The notes under the pieces are model-generated. The model ran no database searches and was not told the DNA's origin. It saw only the letters and a list, made by a program, of their open reading frames with translations. A DNA stretch of 64,000 nt, from positions 17,756,628 to 17,820,627 of the forward strand of contig CM119263.1 in the NCBI GenBank assembly GCA_051294375.1, written 5' to 3'. How positions within the stretch are numbered: the first letter of the stretch is position 1; every line of letters starts with the position of its first letter. A program made the translations under genes and the position numbers. Below, in pieces: positions 35,395 through 50,003 of this stretch. Source of the stretch: Paraspadella gotoi. Lineage: Eukaryota; Animalia; Chaetognatha.

Positions 35395-36127
35395 TCTTCC
35401 TTTCTCTCTGCCTCCCCAATCCTCTTCCCTCCCTTTCCCTCTCGGGGGCCGAAAATGTCTCGTCGTATTCTGTTGGTTCACCGAGAATTGGAGCGAGCAT
35501 TAAAGACATTAGGACCCGCGACGTCGTCGTCATCGTCGTCGTTATCGACGCCGTCGACGTAATCGTCGTCGTTATCATCGCGAATTTCGGAGATGTTACA
35601 GATGTTTTCCGCGTAGTAAGACCGTCGTCGTCGTCGTCCTTTCTGTCGATCTCTTTATAACTGTCGTCGTCGTCTTGCGAATTTCATTGCGGGGGGAGCT
35701 ACTATGCCGGGAGAGCTACTATGCCGGGAGAGCTACTATGCCGGAAGCGGTAATGCGAAATTCTCGTCTCATACACGACGACCATGTGCCACCCTGTTTC
35801 CATTCCGCTTCTACGTAGATGAATGTCTGTAACGATCTTCACCCAGAAATATAAAAAATACGCAAACAATAATATGTAGATTAGTCTTTTTGAATAAATT
35901 GTAAATATCGCCTTGGGCGTCTATTTAATATACATTTATTATTTTATATACATTTTCTGTCGTCGTCGAAGTCGTCAGTCGTCGTCACCACCAGAGAAAA
36001 ATAATCCGTGTTTTGCCATAAAATGATTTTTTTTTATACAGAAGAAAAAAGCTATTCTGAATTCGATAAATGGGATGACAGAGATAGAGAACGTGCGGTA
36101 TCGCAAGAGAGCGGTGAATGACGGATT

Positions 36128-36182
<55 letters not shown>

Positions 36183-36450
36183 TTGAACTTGAAGGCTCCA
36201 TTCTCAAATCCAATAACGTTTTTCAAAATTGGCTCTCACTCGAGATAGATGCAGGCAGTGTATTCCATCTCAAAGGGTTAACGAGATATTCACCGATACA
36301 TGGAAAGAGAGAGAAATGGGAAGAGGAGGGAGGGAAAGAAGGAGGGGAAGGACAGGAAAAAAAAAGAGAGTTATGGTCCGCATTGGTGTTTTTTATCTGA
36401 CTGAAGGTCAAGAACCCAAATTGCTCGTTAGCCTCAGGACCCTCGGAAAC

Positions 36451-36506
<56 letters not shown>

Positions 36507-39500
36507 CGTTCCAACTTCTTCTCATTTTTGCCCATTTCTTCTTCGTGCCCCCTCAGGCTTATCTCTCCCTCTTTTCCTCTCTTCTCTTCCTCCCTTCGTT
36601 GCCCGCACAATGAAAACCCGTTTTTGTGGTTAATTGATTGCGACTTTTACTCAAAGCTATGGGCACCTCGCCTACAGGCTGACGAGAGGACGAGCCTCGC
36701 TGTGACGCCGCTCACTGCGCGGTTTCCCCGACCGGACTTCGCGCCAAGTAATACTGCAAGCGGCGACCAAAACATCGGGCCCAGCATTCACCCAAACAGC
36801 CTGCTCCTCCAGGCGACAGCAGTCAATCAATTGATTGCGTCCTGCGAAAATTATTATTTATTTTGTTGGCCGAGCGAAGGTCGATGGTCGATGGTCGTTG
36901 ACATTCGGTTAACATTTTCTGGTCGTTCGTTATTGTTGATGTCGCTGTTGCAACACGCCCTCTCCCTGTTTTTCCGACACTTACCTCCCACCGACCTTTT
37001 CTTCTTTAACTCCCCTCTTTCCAGCCGTCGCTGTACGGAATTAGCCTCGAACTCGAGACCCTCGCAATGAGATTGGCAGGCGGAGGGACAACGGCTTGGG
37101 ATATTTAAGAAGAGGGTCCAAGGGAACAGAGAGAAGGGGGGTCAAGTCCCGAGGCTAAGTGACGAGGGAAAAACGAATTAACGGAAAAAGAGACATTGGT
37201 TCGCCAAGAGGTCAAAAGAAGAGGAAGGGCGGTGGTTGGGGGTAAGAGAAGCAAAACGGGGAGAGGTGAAAAGAATTGAAACTGAAAGGCGACGTGAAAA
37301 AAAATGGAGTCGCGAAAGCGAAAAAACCTTTTGAATTTCAAATAAGATTCCGTTGCAAGAAAATGAAATGAAAATGAAACGAAAATGAAACTGACTTTTT
37401 TAATTCGACGGTTTCTTCTCTCTTAAAATTGTAGGGGGAGACAGAGACATTTGTTATGTTAAAATAGTAACAAACAATTACTTTTTTTGACGAATAAAGT
37501 AGTTCTAAAACAGTTTTTTGTTTGAAATTGAATAGATTATATCGATTATAAAAGAAGAATTACGGATAATAATGAAAACCGAGATATACACGTGCTTGTG
37601 TGTTTGACAGCGAGAGAGAATATGAAGGCAATTATCTCTTCATTCACATCTTTTCAATATGAAAAACTCATTTTTTCCTCGGCGCTTTTTCATTCAATGA
37701 AAAAAAAAATCCAATTATTCGAAATTGATTCCGTTTTAAATTTCAAAGGGAGAGTGATTCGTTGAGCCCGTGATCTCGTTTAATGGAATTACGCATAGAA
37801 GGTTTTGGATATGATGTATAAAAGCGAACGGTGAGCCGAAGGTGGTTTCACAAAATGGTAAGTTCATTCTCGAATCTAAAAAGACCTTTCTCTTCCTACT
37901 TATTCTTTATCCAATCCGTCTTTTACCCTTTTATCTTTAAAAATCCCCTAATATTTTCCAGCCTCCTCTCGCTGGAGCTTCTCTCTTACGGAGAAATGAA
38001 TTTCATTTTTGATTCAAAAGCGGAAAAAAATTTTTGGGTTTTCACAAAGAATGGGAAAGTTTTGAAAGAGCGGAAATTTCAGTGTCACTCTTTTGAATTT
38101 CGAATATATGCGTTTGTGAAAAATATTCCGTCGGTAGCAAAAAAGATCTCGAGCAAAAATCGTTTTGTGTAAATTTCGTGGCGAAGAGAAGTGTTAACTA
38201 ACTTTAAAAACAATGCTAAATTTAACCTAGATACACAGATGACTAATTCAAGTTACAGAAAAATGAGAATTATGCGTCATATTTATTTCTTTCCAACTCG
38301 AAAGGAATGAAAATATTAACTTCTAATTCACAGAAAACTGATTGACAAAGTACGCGCGATCCTTGACTTGTATACTGACCTTTTGTTAAGCATCAGGTTA
38401 ACTTAATCCAGTTAACTAAATACAAGATTTCTCAAAAGAATAGGAAACCCCTTCAAAAGAAATGGCGGGCGGAGTGAGCTCTTTATCCAAAGCATCCCCT
38501 GCTCCCCCGAAAAATGTGGTCGTATATCATTTTCTCGTCTTTTCACAAAACTCGACAAGAAAGAGAGAAGAGGGGGTAGATATAGCGAGAGAGAGAACGC
38601 GCGAGAGAGAGAAAGAGAGGAAAAGGTTTTTATCTTTTCAATTTTTTTTGAAGAAGTAGCTGTCTCATCACAATTCTATAGAAGATGTCGCTTGAAAAAT
38701 GGTGTAGATGTCGTTACCGTCGTCGCTATGTTTGTCGTCGTCGTCGTCACAGCTCCATAAAATTTTGCGACATCCGGAGAAGAAGAGATTTATGAATAAG
38801 CGCGCGTTTGGAAAGTTGAAATAATTTTAAATCGAGAGAAACAAGAGGATTAAAAAATATTTTTGAAATAATACAACTTTGCGATAGATGTTACTTTGAT
38901 TTAAAGTTAATTCAATAAAATACTGTATATTGTATAATATAATATAATCATATAATTATAATAATATAATAATTATTTAATTTATAATATATAATAATTA
39001 ATTAATGTATAATAGTCATTAATCAAAAAAAAATCTCACAGTGGAGGCTGTGTTGGTACGGATTTGGGTAACGTCAATAAACATTTTTTTTTTCGGATTA
39101 AAATTCGATTTTAGCTTCTCCCTGTTTTACTGAATTGATGGCAGCATTGCACATTTAGGATCACTTGAAACAACAATCTTTCTCAACGACGACGACGACG
39201 AACGAGAACGACGACGAGGAACGAAGACGACGCCGACCACGATGACTACGACGACGATAAATGTCTTAAAATGTGACGTTTTGAAGCTTGACGAGTTAAT
39301 TTTCCCGCGCGTCAAGAGTCGAGATCGAGCGACGCGCGTGACGATTTCGAGCGGTGCACGTGACCGGATGTGATAGGCGGAGGGTTGAGTGTTGAACGTG
39401 ATAAACTTCAAGTAAGAACGTGAAAGGATACATACAATCGTTTTAACGAATGGAAGAATTGACGGAGTCGGAAGTGAAGTAATAATCGAACGGATGCTTG

Positions 39501-39857
39501 CCAGGTTTGCGCCATTTGCCTCAGCCGATGTAAATCTAAGGTAAAAAACAACGAGATTAGATGATGGCGATGTCATATTAATGGTACTTAATTTTGTTTC
39601 CCCTCTCTACTGGCTTCGTTCCTGTCCTCTTCCTTCTTCCTTTAATCCTTCCTCCCTTTCCTCCACGAGGCTGCTGCGTCCTTCTCCTTTCCTTCTCTCA
39701 CCCCCGTCCCTTCTGGACAAACTGCTCTGCCTCCTGACAATGGGGATTCTCTCTTCCGTGACGAACCGACTGTTTCGCAATGGATTGCTTAGACACCGAT
39801 ATGGTTAGACGATTTTAGATGGGCCTTTGTCGCGACCGCCAAGGAAGACCAGAAAGA

Positions 39858-39899
<42 letters not shown>
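34519..39899. repeat. Cluster of (GA/TC)n microsatellites and (GTC/GAC)n runs in non-coding DNA
   Basis: Long GA/TC tracts at ~34519, 34675, 34902, 35359, 36129, 36453 and 39860. These generate the spurious ERER/SLSL ORFs. Confidence 0.9.
35696..35744. repeat. 17-bp tandem repeat x3
   Basis: GAGCTACTATGCCGGGA occurs three times (last unit truncated). Confidence 0.9.
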
Positions 39900-39903
<4 letters not shown>

Positions 39904-40847
39904 CTTCCTCCCTTTCTTTCTTTTTTTCTCTCTCGACTCGTGTCAGACAATATTTATGAATTGTACTTTTTTTTCTGATTATCCGCACAACTGGCCTCAA
40001 CTTGCAAGTCTCTATTCAGTCTCAGCATCTGCTTCTCGGTTTTTTATCTTTATTACTATTATTTATTATCACCATGAAATAATTTAACCAACGCAAAACC
40101 GGTAAAAGTAAGAACCTTAATTAGTTTATAGCAAATTCATGTTTTGTGAACAAACGCTGACTTACATACTCACTTTTTTTTGTCCGCTAAATAGTCTTCG
40201 CACAAATGGATATTCAGCGACTAATTATCCTTTATAAGGCCCACATATCACTTACTTGATATCGTTTTTTTTCCTTCCTCCCCCTTCTCCCTTGCTCCCT
40301 CTCATTTGAATAAAAAGACCCGAACGCGAAATTAATCCAAACCAATATTTTTTTCTTTCTCGTACTTTCCTATCCTTTCTCCATCGCTTATTCTTAGGAT
40401 AGTTCATAAGCCTAAAGGAAAGTCTTCACAAAAAGTAACGATAACTTTACAGTTAATTTTCAGATACATGAGATATCACAAGATTATTATAAATTTTGTG
40501 TGTCCAAAACGAATCAAACCATAACGTTTCGTATCTATAATTCTCAGTATATACTACACACGCAAATGTGAAAAGGATAAATTCCAAATGATCTTAAGCT
40601 CCTAAAGAAGAGATGGGGCGTGCCTCACACTAACAGCCCCCAACCTCCTCCCCGCCCACCCACCCCTGCCCCCCCGCACCCCTCGCCTCTTTTCACGGTC
40701 TGGTCCCTTTTCACAAATGAAAAAACCCCGTCATCCATTTGGCGGCGGATGTGAATTCCGATTCATTCCTTGGCGCTCCCTCTCTTTTTTTCCTCCTCAG
40801 CATAAAGGATTTCGCTCATCCGCTTACGGCCGCCGATTTAGTGGAGC

Positions 40848-41222
40848 GGGCTTTTTTTGGCCGGGGTGTAATTTATCTAAAGAGATGTGTACGATTTTGT
40901 ATTTAACGAAGGGCTTTTTTTTTGGCCGGGGTGTATTTTATCGAAAGGGAATGTTCGGTTTTCTATTTATCGAATGGCTTTTTAGGCAAGGGTGTGTTTG
41001 GATTTAGCGAAGGGCTCTTTTTGGGCAGGGTGAAGTTTATCTAAAAAGATATCCATAACTTATGGCATAAGGCCTGGGCATAATTTTCTAAAACAAATGA
41101 ACTTACGGTTTTCGATAAAGTGAAGGGCTTTTTTGGTGGGGAAGTATTTTATCAAATGAGATATGTACGCTATTCTATTTCATAAAGGGCTTTTTGGGCC
41201 GGGCCGTATAATTTCTCCAAAG
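40848..41222. repeat. Degenerate ~60-bp tandem array (transposon subterminal or minisatellite type)
   Basis: About six units beginning GGGCTTTTT(T)nGGCCGGGGTGTA(A/T)TTTATC, with mutually similar intervening sequence. Confidence 0.7.
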
Positions 41223-44200
41223 AAATCTCTTTTTAAGAAGTGGCAGTGCTATTTTTAGAGACAGTCGTGTTTGCTTTTTTACTTGCAAAGGATTTTTATG
41301 AAAAACTGGTTTCAAAAATATAATTAATGTTTATCAATTTAAATTTTTAGGCCACATACTTCAAAAGGAGATTCATAACTCATATTTTATGTTTCTTATT
41401 TCTCTGCCCTCAACTTAAAGGAAAGGTTCCTATTCTAAATTCACAGATGAACCACAACGCCGGGTGGGTATTTGCACATTCCCAATCCACCCCTCCCCAC
41501 CCCACCACACTCACCCTTTCCCCCTTTCAAAATTCGTCGTAGCGAGTATAATTTGCGTTAATGGCGTTCATTTGTCAGACTCTCGGGTCTTCCTAACTAA
41601 TTCCACCGACGCTCAAAAGAGGGAGACCCTTTTTTGAATGATAATAGAATTGGATGTTCAGAAATGAGGGGAAGGAAAAAAAAATCGTCTGGGGGTAAGG
41701 GCGGGGGCGAGTAAAAGGCGACCCTAAATTACTTTTTTCTTTCTCCGAAACGTTTATTTTTTTCTTTTGCAATTTGAAAAGAGAGAAATTGGATTGAATT
41801 TAAAAAAAGTTGGAAAAATGGAAATTTCTTTGCACTCATAACGAATGAAAGATTTTCTTAAGGGACCAGTGATAAAAATGATATCATAAGCTTAAGGGTC
41901 TATCATCAAAGGAATTTGAATGGTGATAGTCATTATTTTTTCTTTGCGAGGAAAGTGGCAAAAAAATTCCTATCTCTTATTGTAGCGGAAACAAAATTTT
42001 TAATAATTATGAAAAAAAAATTTAGTTGACCCTACCTAAATATTTATATAATCCATTATTTTATTTTTGCATTAGAAGTATTTTTATCTAAATTCCAATT
42101 TTTTATTTTTTACTGTACAAAGCTATAATTTTAGGTTTAAGCCTCATTGAACAAAGGCTTTACAAGACTAATATTTTTTTATTTTTTATATTTACTTAAA
42201 AGCAGACAAATCAAACCTAAATTCTATTCTTACAAAAACAAAAACTGTAATAATTATTAATTAAATATTCATATTCATCCTTTAAATGTATAATTAAACT
42301 ATATTGATCTTAATTATAACAATTAAAAATTTAGCAAAAGTACAGAATCTTTCTCTTCTTTTTATATTAATATTACTTCAAAGAGTTTTATTTTCATCCA
42401 ATTAACAGAATCATTTGAAAAGAAAGTTTAATAAAATCAGTCGATACCTTAAATTTTGATTCATTCCTAGTTTTTTTTTTCTTATAAATTTTTGTGATAA
42501 AAGCTTAAAATCTTTTTAAAATTAGATCTTACCCTTTTTTGGAAAAAAAAAATTTTAAACTTGAAAAAGATTTTCTTCTTACCGATTTTTTAAAGAAAAT
42601 TAAGCTCGCTGATTTTATCGAATTTTTTAACTACTTTCCCAAATGATTATAGAAGAAAAAATTATATGATCAGAACCAGCTTAAGTTAAAGGGTCAAACA
42701 TTATGTTTTCAGCTTTTTACCCCCCTGTTCACTTGGTCCCTTAACCTCCTGTATGGAGCGGTTTAAAGATATAAGTAAATATCCAAGTAAAAAGTATCTT
42801 TTTCTCTTAAAGTCAAGCCTCCCTTCTATTATCTTTTTCTATTTCTTCCTGCTATTAGTCGCTTAATTGTTTTTCCCTTTCTCAGCTTCTTCATTATCCT
42901 ACTTTTTCCCTAGCCTTTCTTTTCTTTTCCTCTTCCTTTATCATCTCATCCTCCTTTTCAAAAAGAACCGCTTATTTTCTCCTATCCTCTCCATCTCTCT
43001 CCTTTACTCTCCTTCTCTCCTCCCTCTTCCCCTTTTTCTTCTCACATTTTCTCCTCCTCTCATCCTCTTCTTCTCCCCTGCCTCTCATTTTAACTCAACT
43101 GCTTCATTTCTCCTTTTCTCTACCTATCTTCTTCTTTCTCTTCTTCCCCCCTCTCTCTTCCTCAACCGCCTCTTCTCCTCTCTCCCTTTCTCTCCCTCAT
43201 CTCTTCCCGCTCTCTCTTCCTCAACCGCCTCTTTTCTCCTTCTCTTATAAAGAGGGACGTAATTTTTCAAAGGAGTTCCGGTCGAAGAGGCGCCACTCGG
43301 TTGGGCGCGCGTGTCGGGGGGCGTCAGCCGCAGCGGGGGCGGCAGCAGCGGCGGAGACGGAATACCGCGGCGTCGATGAACTCTGATTGTTGCTCTTCAT
43401 GCGATTAAAGCGTTGGAGCGAACATGAGAGGACGAGCTCGCCTCCTTTCTCCCTTCCTTCTTCTCCCTTCCTTCCTCCCTTCCTTCCTCCCTTCCTGCTT
43501 CTCCCTTTTTCCCCTCCTTCTTCCCTTCCTTCTTCTCCCTTTATTCCTTTTTCCTTCTTCTTCTCTTCTCTGTTTTTGAGAGCTTTCCGCCGCTCAGCAA
43601 AGTGCATATATTCCTCAACTCTTAATTCTTCTTAACTTTTGTCTAAACTTTCCAATACCCTTTAATTATTGTTCGATGTTCATTAGAGTGGAACACTGGG
43701 GAACTTAAATTTTATTTGAGTGAACAAACATGGATATTTAGACGTGAGATAGTATGATTAAGGAGTACAAAAAATATTTTGCTTATATTGCTTGAGAAAC
43801 AATATCGTTCATTACAATATATTTATAGTAATATCCTTATAAAATAATAAATTTGTAAAATAATTTGTTTTAAATTTTTAGCACAGATATTGTTTTTGTT
43901 ATTAATAAATAAAAAGATAAGAAAACAAACTCATTTTACCTCCATTTTACCGTCAATTTCTGAAGGTCGTAAATGAAATTTTCTTCATTTTTGTCCCTCC
44001 AAATATACAGACGACGGTGGCGAAGGGTTTGAAGATTGTCAGGGTGAGCTATGGGCGCGGCCTTAATTGAAAATGACGCGAAAGGCGTTGCCCTTTGTCT
44101 CTTTCCCTCATTAGCAGCGGCGGTCGCGATGGAGAACGGAGAAACTGGGTCGGTGGTGAAGTTGACACCATCTCTGCTGAAAGATACTCTTCGATCAAAA

Positions 44201-45131
44201 ATGCTGTGGTTGAGGCGGCGACGAAGGATGTGTATAGTTTGAGCACCGGCCAAAGATGAAGTTTACTACTGTTTCCTTTTTCTGTAAATTCTTGAGAGTG
44301 ATCGCCTTCTATTTAAATCATCGACTTCTTTCTATATAGTATTTTTTATGACCGTCACTGGTTGTAATCCAGATAGAGAGAGCTAAATGTAGCACGGTGC
44401 CCGACAAATTGTTTAACTACATCGGTTTTAACCTTATTTTGGTTTACGAAATTAAAAAAATTACGGGAGTGTTGGCTGATCATTGATCAATTAATCTATT
44501 GGGCTATTAGCTTGTGTAGTGTTTAACGTTCGATTTCGTTTCTATCCACAGACCGGATTAAAAAGTTTTTAAACGTTCTTTCGAATCAGATCGTTTCACT
44601 ATGACTATATATTTTTCTTGTTTTTTCTATTTGTCAATTAAATTCTCAAATGAATAAAGAAAGCGAGAAATGGTTCATTCATCTATATTGCACAACTGAA
44701 AAGATAAATGGCGTCGTATATGAGTGATATGCTTAAGACGAAATACACAATGTAAAGGTAGACAAGATTAAAAAAACATCTGACTTAACGCATTCAAAGA
44801 CTTTTTTATTAAGTTTCTCGCATCACTTGGGGTAGAGGGGGAGAAGGAGAGAAGGAGAGGAACGCTATGGATAATGATATGACAAGGGATTTCGCTTTCG
44901 TGGAAAAACGAGGGAAGTATGAAAAACTAAGGAGGAAACAAGGAAAATGTAGTAATAATTTAAGGGCGAAGAAATAGGGTTTTTTAGTTTTAAATTGTAG
45001 TTTGTCCGTTTGACGGCGAGAATCCTAACCAGCGCCATCTCCGTATACCGCTTAGCGCCACTTCGTCGGCAGAGCGCCAGAATCGCCGGAAACGCCGCCT
45101 TTCAGATGACGGTGGCGAATTCTTTTCGGGT

Positions 45132-48100
45132 TCAGACGATGGTGGGACAGGGAGGCGAGAGAAACGCGGGACGCGTCGTCGTCATTGGAGGAATGGAGGA
45201 GAGAATTTGCGGGTTAGATGAGGAGGAGGGGGAGGAGGAGGAGGAGGAAGATAGAGCCGGTAAGGGGTTGACGGGAGCGGTTGGGCTGGGGTGGGAAGCG
45301 GTTGGATGAGAAGCGGTTGGATGAGAAGCGGCTTCCAGTGGAGGAGAGGGAAGTTGATGCGACGGCGTTTGCGAGGAGACAATGTTTGATGTCTGAAAAT
45401 GAAATTGAAATGTTAAGATTAGATTAGTCGAATGTATAAAAATAATTTCTCTCATTATAAAGTTGATTCTCTTCTTATATTTAATCAGTTTTCCTTCTTT
45501 TCAATTTCTCACCTGATACTCTGCCATCGCCGCAGCCGCCGCCTGCTCCTCCGCCGCCCAGGGTCTCAAGTTCTGCAGAGCAGCTAGCGACGCGTTGCTG
45601 AGGCAAAGGGGATCCCGTGCCGACTCGTAGGTCGCGGATTTGCTTGCCTCGGCCGCCTGGTTGTTGAAGCAATAATTTTAAGATTGAGTACTTCAATATG
45701 AAGGCAATCAAACAAACGCCAATCACACCTTTAAACAATCGTCTATTATCTAATAACAATCTTTTATTCCTAGAAAAATTGCTCAATCAGTCAATCAAAA
45801 GTTTTACCAACTTTTTCTCACCTGTTCATTCTCTCACCTGCAACGACATCAGCAGACGATTGGCTGCCTGTCTTTCCGCTTCCCTCTCTTCCGCCGTTTG
45901 ACGCCTGAAAATGTTAACAAAATAAGGAATAGATTTAATTTATAGTAATGTTTTGGCGGGACAACTTAAGCACAATTCAATCATCAACAATTTTTTAATA
46001 TTAAAATGCGTAGTGATTGCACTATTCTTGGACGCAAATAAAAGAAGATAAAGATGAAGAAATCAAGTTTTTGATGAGTTATCGACAATAAACACGACCT
46101 GGCATGAAAAGAAAATAGAGAAAATAGAGGAGGAGAAAAAATATGACAGAGGTAGATAGAACGAGAGGAATGTCATGATCGGTCATTTGTCTGAAGTCGA
46201 CTTCGATTTACGGTTTTTGTCGTCGTCGACGTCATCTCTAATACGTCTCCGAAAGAAACAACGGAACACGAGAAAAACGAAGACATTCGACCCGAAAGTC
46301 AGAAAGACGAGATGGAATCGAAATTGGCAAAGCGAAGGTCAGTAATTTGAAGTAATTCTATAAAACCCCCAATAAAAATTAAATTCGCGCTTTCTTCGAC
46401 GGGAACGACGTTCGGTCCAATTCAAATTCACTTTTTTTCCTTTTAACTTTTATGATCTCTTTATTTTTAAAGACGTTTATTGCGTCCCCTTCTTTTCAAA
46501 ACTTGGTGGTCCTATGGAAGAGACTTTAATATGTTTCTCATGTCGTTAATACAATCCTTAAGCAACAATGAATAAAATGGCGATGAGTCACATTATCACA
46601 AATTGCAGTGTATCGCAGTTGGGCGAGATGACTCAATCTCCGTAACGTCGATTTTGCGATTTTATTACAAAAAAAGTGAGGCTGTTATCATTATCTTTAC
46701 GTCTCGCCAACAACACCGACCGACGCCGACGTCATCAAATATAAATGAAATAAATAAGTATCGTAAAAGGCTAACTACCTCGCGGTCTCGCGACGAAATC
46801 AGATGTTTAGCCTCCTTTATTTGTTGACGTTTATGAGAAAATTAGTCATTCTTCCAGCGATCCATAAATTATCCCCCCGTTTCGCCCGAAACTCGTGGCG
46901 TCGCTTCAATTAACCGAGCGTCTGCTCGACAAACTCCGGGGAGGGCTCCTCTGTACCGCAGTGAACCAGCATTGATTGGTTGATCTATTATAGTCCAAAT
47001 CGGACGATTCAGGTAGTATTATCCACCGACATATTAACCAGTTATCCCCTCTTTAACCCCGTCACTCCGTTTTATTTTTGGCCCATCAATTTCATTAGAA
47101 TCACCGTGATTCCGGTCTTATGGCAAGATTCAGCACTGTAGTAACGACAGGTAACGTTGCCTTAGTCAGTCTTCATTGCCCCCTCTATAATCCATTTGCT
47201 GACGATTTCTCGTATGGACGACTAATCCGGACGAGCAACTTCGACGACGACGACAACGACAACGATCGAATAAAGAAACGAACAATCCTCAGTATCTTGT
47301 GTCTCTTTGTTTCAAATTCATTGATTTCGAATGAATATCTTATTTCCTCTCTCTCTCTCTCTCTCTCTTTCTCGTCTCGATTCTCTGTCCTCATCTCTCT
47401 CTTCATCTCTCTCGTCTCTCTCTCTATTCCTCCGCACGAGATGGAGTCGAGGAGGAATCTTCGTACCATCCATCATCCTTTCGTGTCGAATTAAATGAAT
47501 TACCTTTTTCCGCAGACACGATCCTTGGCCAAGATAAGAACGGATAGACTTACCATTTTTTCGAGGGTTTTCGCCCCTCCCCCCGCGACCTACCTATTCC
47601 GCAAATACTGACCCCGATGTGGATGGACAGTCTGTCTATTATGAGACTTTCATAAGCTGTCTCTCTTTTTTTTTCGAAAAGATGGATGAAATCAATCTAT
47701 CTTACACTTATTTTTAATGAGCTTTTTATTAAGTTTCTTTATTAGTTGATTGATTAACCTCCGTCTTGTTCTTTACTTAGTTTTATTTTAAAATTAATTT
47801 AATTTAAAATTTTTGTTGTTGGTATTTTGGCAATAGAAATTCAAAGATATCTTTGCCTGTTTCGATGAAAGTTATGCATATGTTTTAATTTTTGCGTCTC
47901 AAACTATTTTCAATATAATTCCCGTATTAATAAAAGTAAAAAAAAAGAATAAAAAAATAGAAAAATACTCTTTGTGTACCACATTATACAATAATATTAT
48001 CGTTCGTTTTTTTTTGTCTAACATTAACAATATTTTATGCTTGAAAAGAAGTTTCTCTGCCTCCTCCCTTTTCTGTTATTCTTTCTCCGCCCTCCTCTTC

Positions 48101-48910
48101 CCTTTATTGCCATTTCGATTCCATTATATTTGATTTTCCCTTTTTTCTCTTTGTTTTCTTTCCGTGGATTTCCGGGTAAGTTCTTTCGCCATTCATGGTT
48201 TCTTTTGTCGCCGAAGGTAAGTTTCGAGGAGAGGAAAGAGTGTGAGGAGATCGGCGAAAAGTTTCGCTTGAAATTTCGTCTAATAATGTTCCGGATTCTA
48301 TTTGAAGCGAATGAAGCGTAACATTTGAACTTTAAAACGTCTTTGGCTCTTAATTATAACTTCTAAGACGATCAATTATACGTTAATTGCTCTTCTTTGT
48401 GTCCGTCTGTCCGTAAAAAAAAAAGAGATAATTTGCGTCAAAAATGTTTTTGGAAATGATTCGTCGCTCTCGTCTAAATTCTAGTTAAGAGATAACTTAC
48501 TTCGTCGGTTTTCCAGTTTGTCTTCTTTTAGACATTCGTTTATTTATTTATTGATTTATCGATTGGTTTATTTACTCATTCGCTTATTGAGTTATTGATT
48601 TATTTACTAAAATGTCTTCATTTTTTCTACTCAATTATTTACTCAATAAAACTTGTACATTGAAACATAAATTACTTCAAAGTTCTCAGAGAGATGTATT
48701 TTTTGTCATTTAATACTTCACCTCATATAATTTTTTTTAAAAGAGTTTAATCATTATTTCTATATTTCTCATTATTTTTCTCTCCGTTATTTTCTTCCTC
48801 CTTTTTTTCCCATTTTTGTCAGTAGCGCCGAACTCATTAGTGGCGTCTTTTACGTTGTCTGGAGATTTTATTAACAGAAATCTCATTCGCCAAATTGAAT
48901 GACAATTTCC

Positions 48911-48943
<33 letters not shown>

Positions 48944-49957
48944 NNNNNNNNNNNNNNNNNNNNNNNNNNNNNNNNNNNNNNNNNNNNNNNNNNNNNNNNN
49001 NNNNNNNNNNNNNNNNNNNNNNNNNNNNNNNNNNNNNNNNNNNNNNNNNNNNNNNNNNNNNNNNNNNNNNNNNNNNNNNNNNNNNNNNNNNNNNNNNNNN
49101 NNNNNNNNNNNNNGGATCAAGCGACCGTGGATGTGACAAAGCGTGATATACGATTATGCTAAGTTGTGAAAAGAGGGAAAACTTTTATTTATTCGAGCGG
49201 CAGAAAATTAGTGGATTTTGATTGAAAAGGCGCCTCGGCAATTTGCCTCTCTAATTTATTGGCTATCAACGGTTTAAACAGTTACCTGATCTGCTTCTCG
49301 TCCTCTCTCTCTCTCCTCTCTCTCCTCTCTCTCTCTCATCCTTCTCTCTCTCTCTCTCTCTCTCTCCTCTCCTCTCCTCCTCTCAGCTTTTTCGTTGGCA
49401 TTTAAAAATCATTTGTGATAATTTGTCTTAATGGGGTTTAATAAGTCTGGCTCCATAGTGGTTGACAGAATATTTGGTAAATCAAGACGTCTGTCAATTT
49501 TTCGCCGCGTTTTTTTTTGTTACACTAATGGAGGCAATTTTTTTTATTTTTTAAATGGAGCCGAATTTTGAGAATAATGAAGTCGATGGAGGTCTTGGCT
49601 TTCTTTCTTTTTTTTTTCATGCTTCGACCCTTCGGCGAAATATATCTCGATACTAACTCACATTCGAAAATATTTTTAGATATTATAATTTACATCGAAC
49701 GTAATCTTTGCTCATTTCAGGGTTAATCTTGATTATTACTACAATTCGCACCGTAGTGACGGCCTTTCCGAATCGATTTATTTATATTTCTTTCTGCCGT
49801 TCACGCAGTAGTGACTTCCAGCCTCGCAAATCTCTGGCGGCTAAAAAGTTAATCGTTCAGACAAATGATCAATTCGATCCGTTTAAAGAGAGGGAGGGAG
49901 GGAGGGAGACAGAGAGAAAAAGAGGGAGAGAAAAAAAAAAGAGAGAGAGAGAGAGAT

Positions 49958-50003
<46 letters not shown>

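Noticed and set aside
34391-36633. ORFs with ERERER / SLSLSL tracts
   Set aside because: They are translations of (GA)n microsatellites.
36679-36704. CTGACGA-GAGG...CCTC hammerhead-like start
   Set aside because: It is followed by GCTG rather than GAAA, and there are no stems I/III.
40848-41222. CRISPR-like repeat/spacer appearance
   Set aside because: The repeats are degenerate, the spacers resemble each other, there are no cas genes and the context is eukaryotic. It is a tandem repeat.
43936-44290. Overlapping short ORFs downstream of Tlx
   Set aside because: No recognisable domain and no consistent spliced frame. It may be UTR or non-coding.
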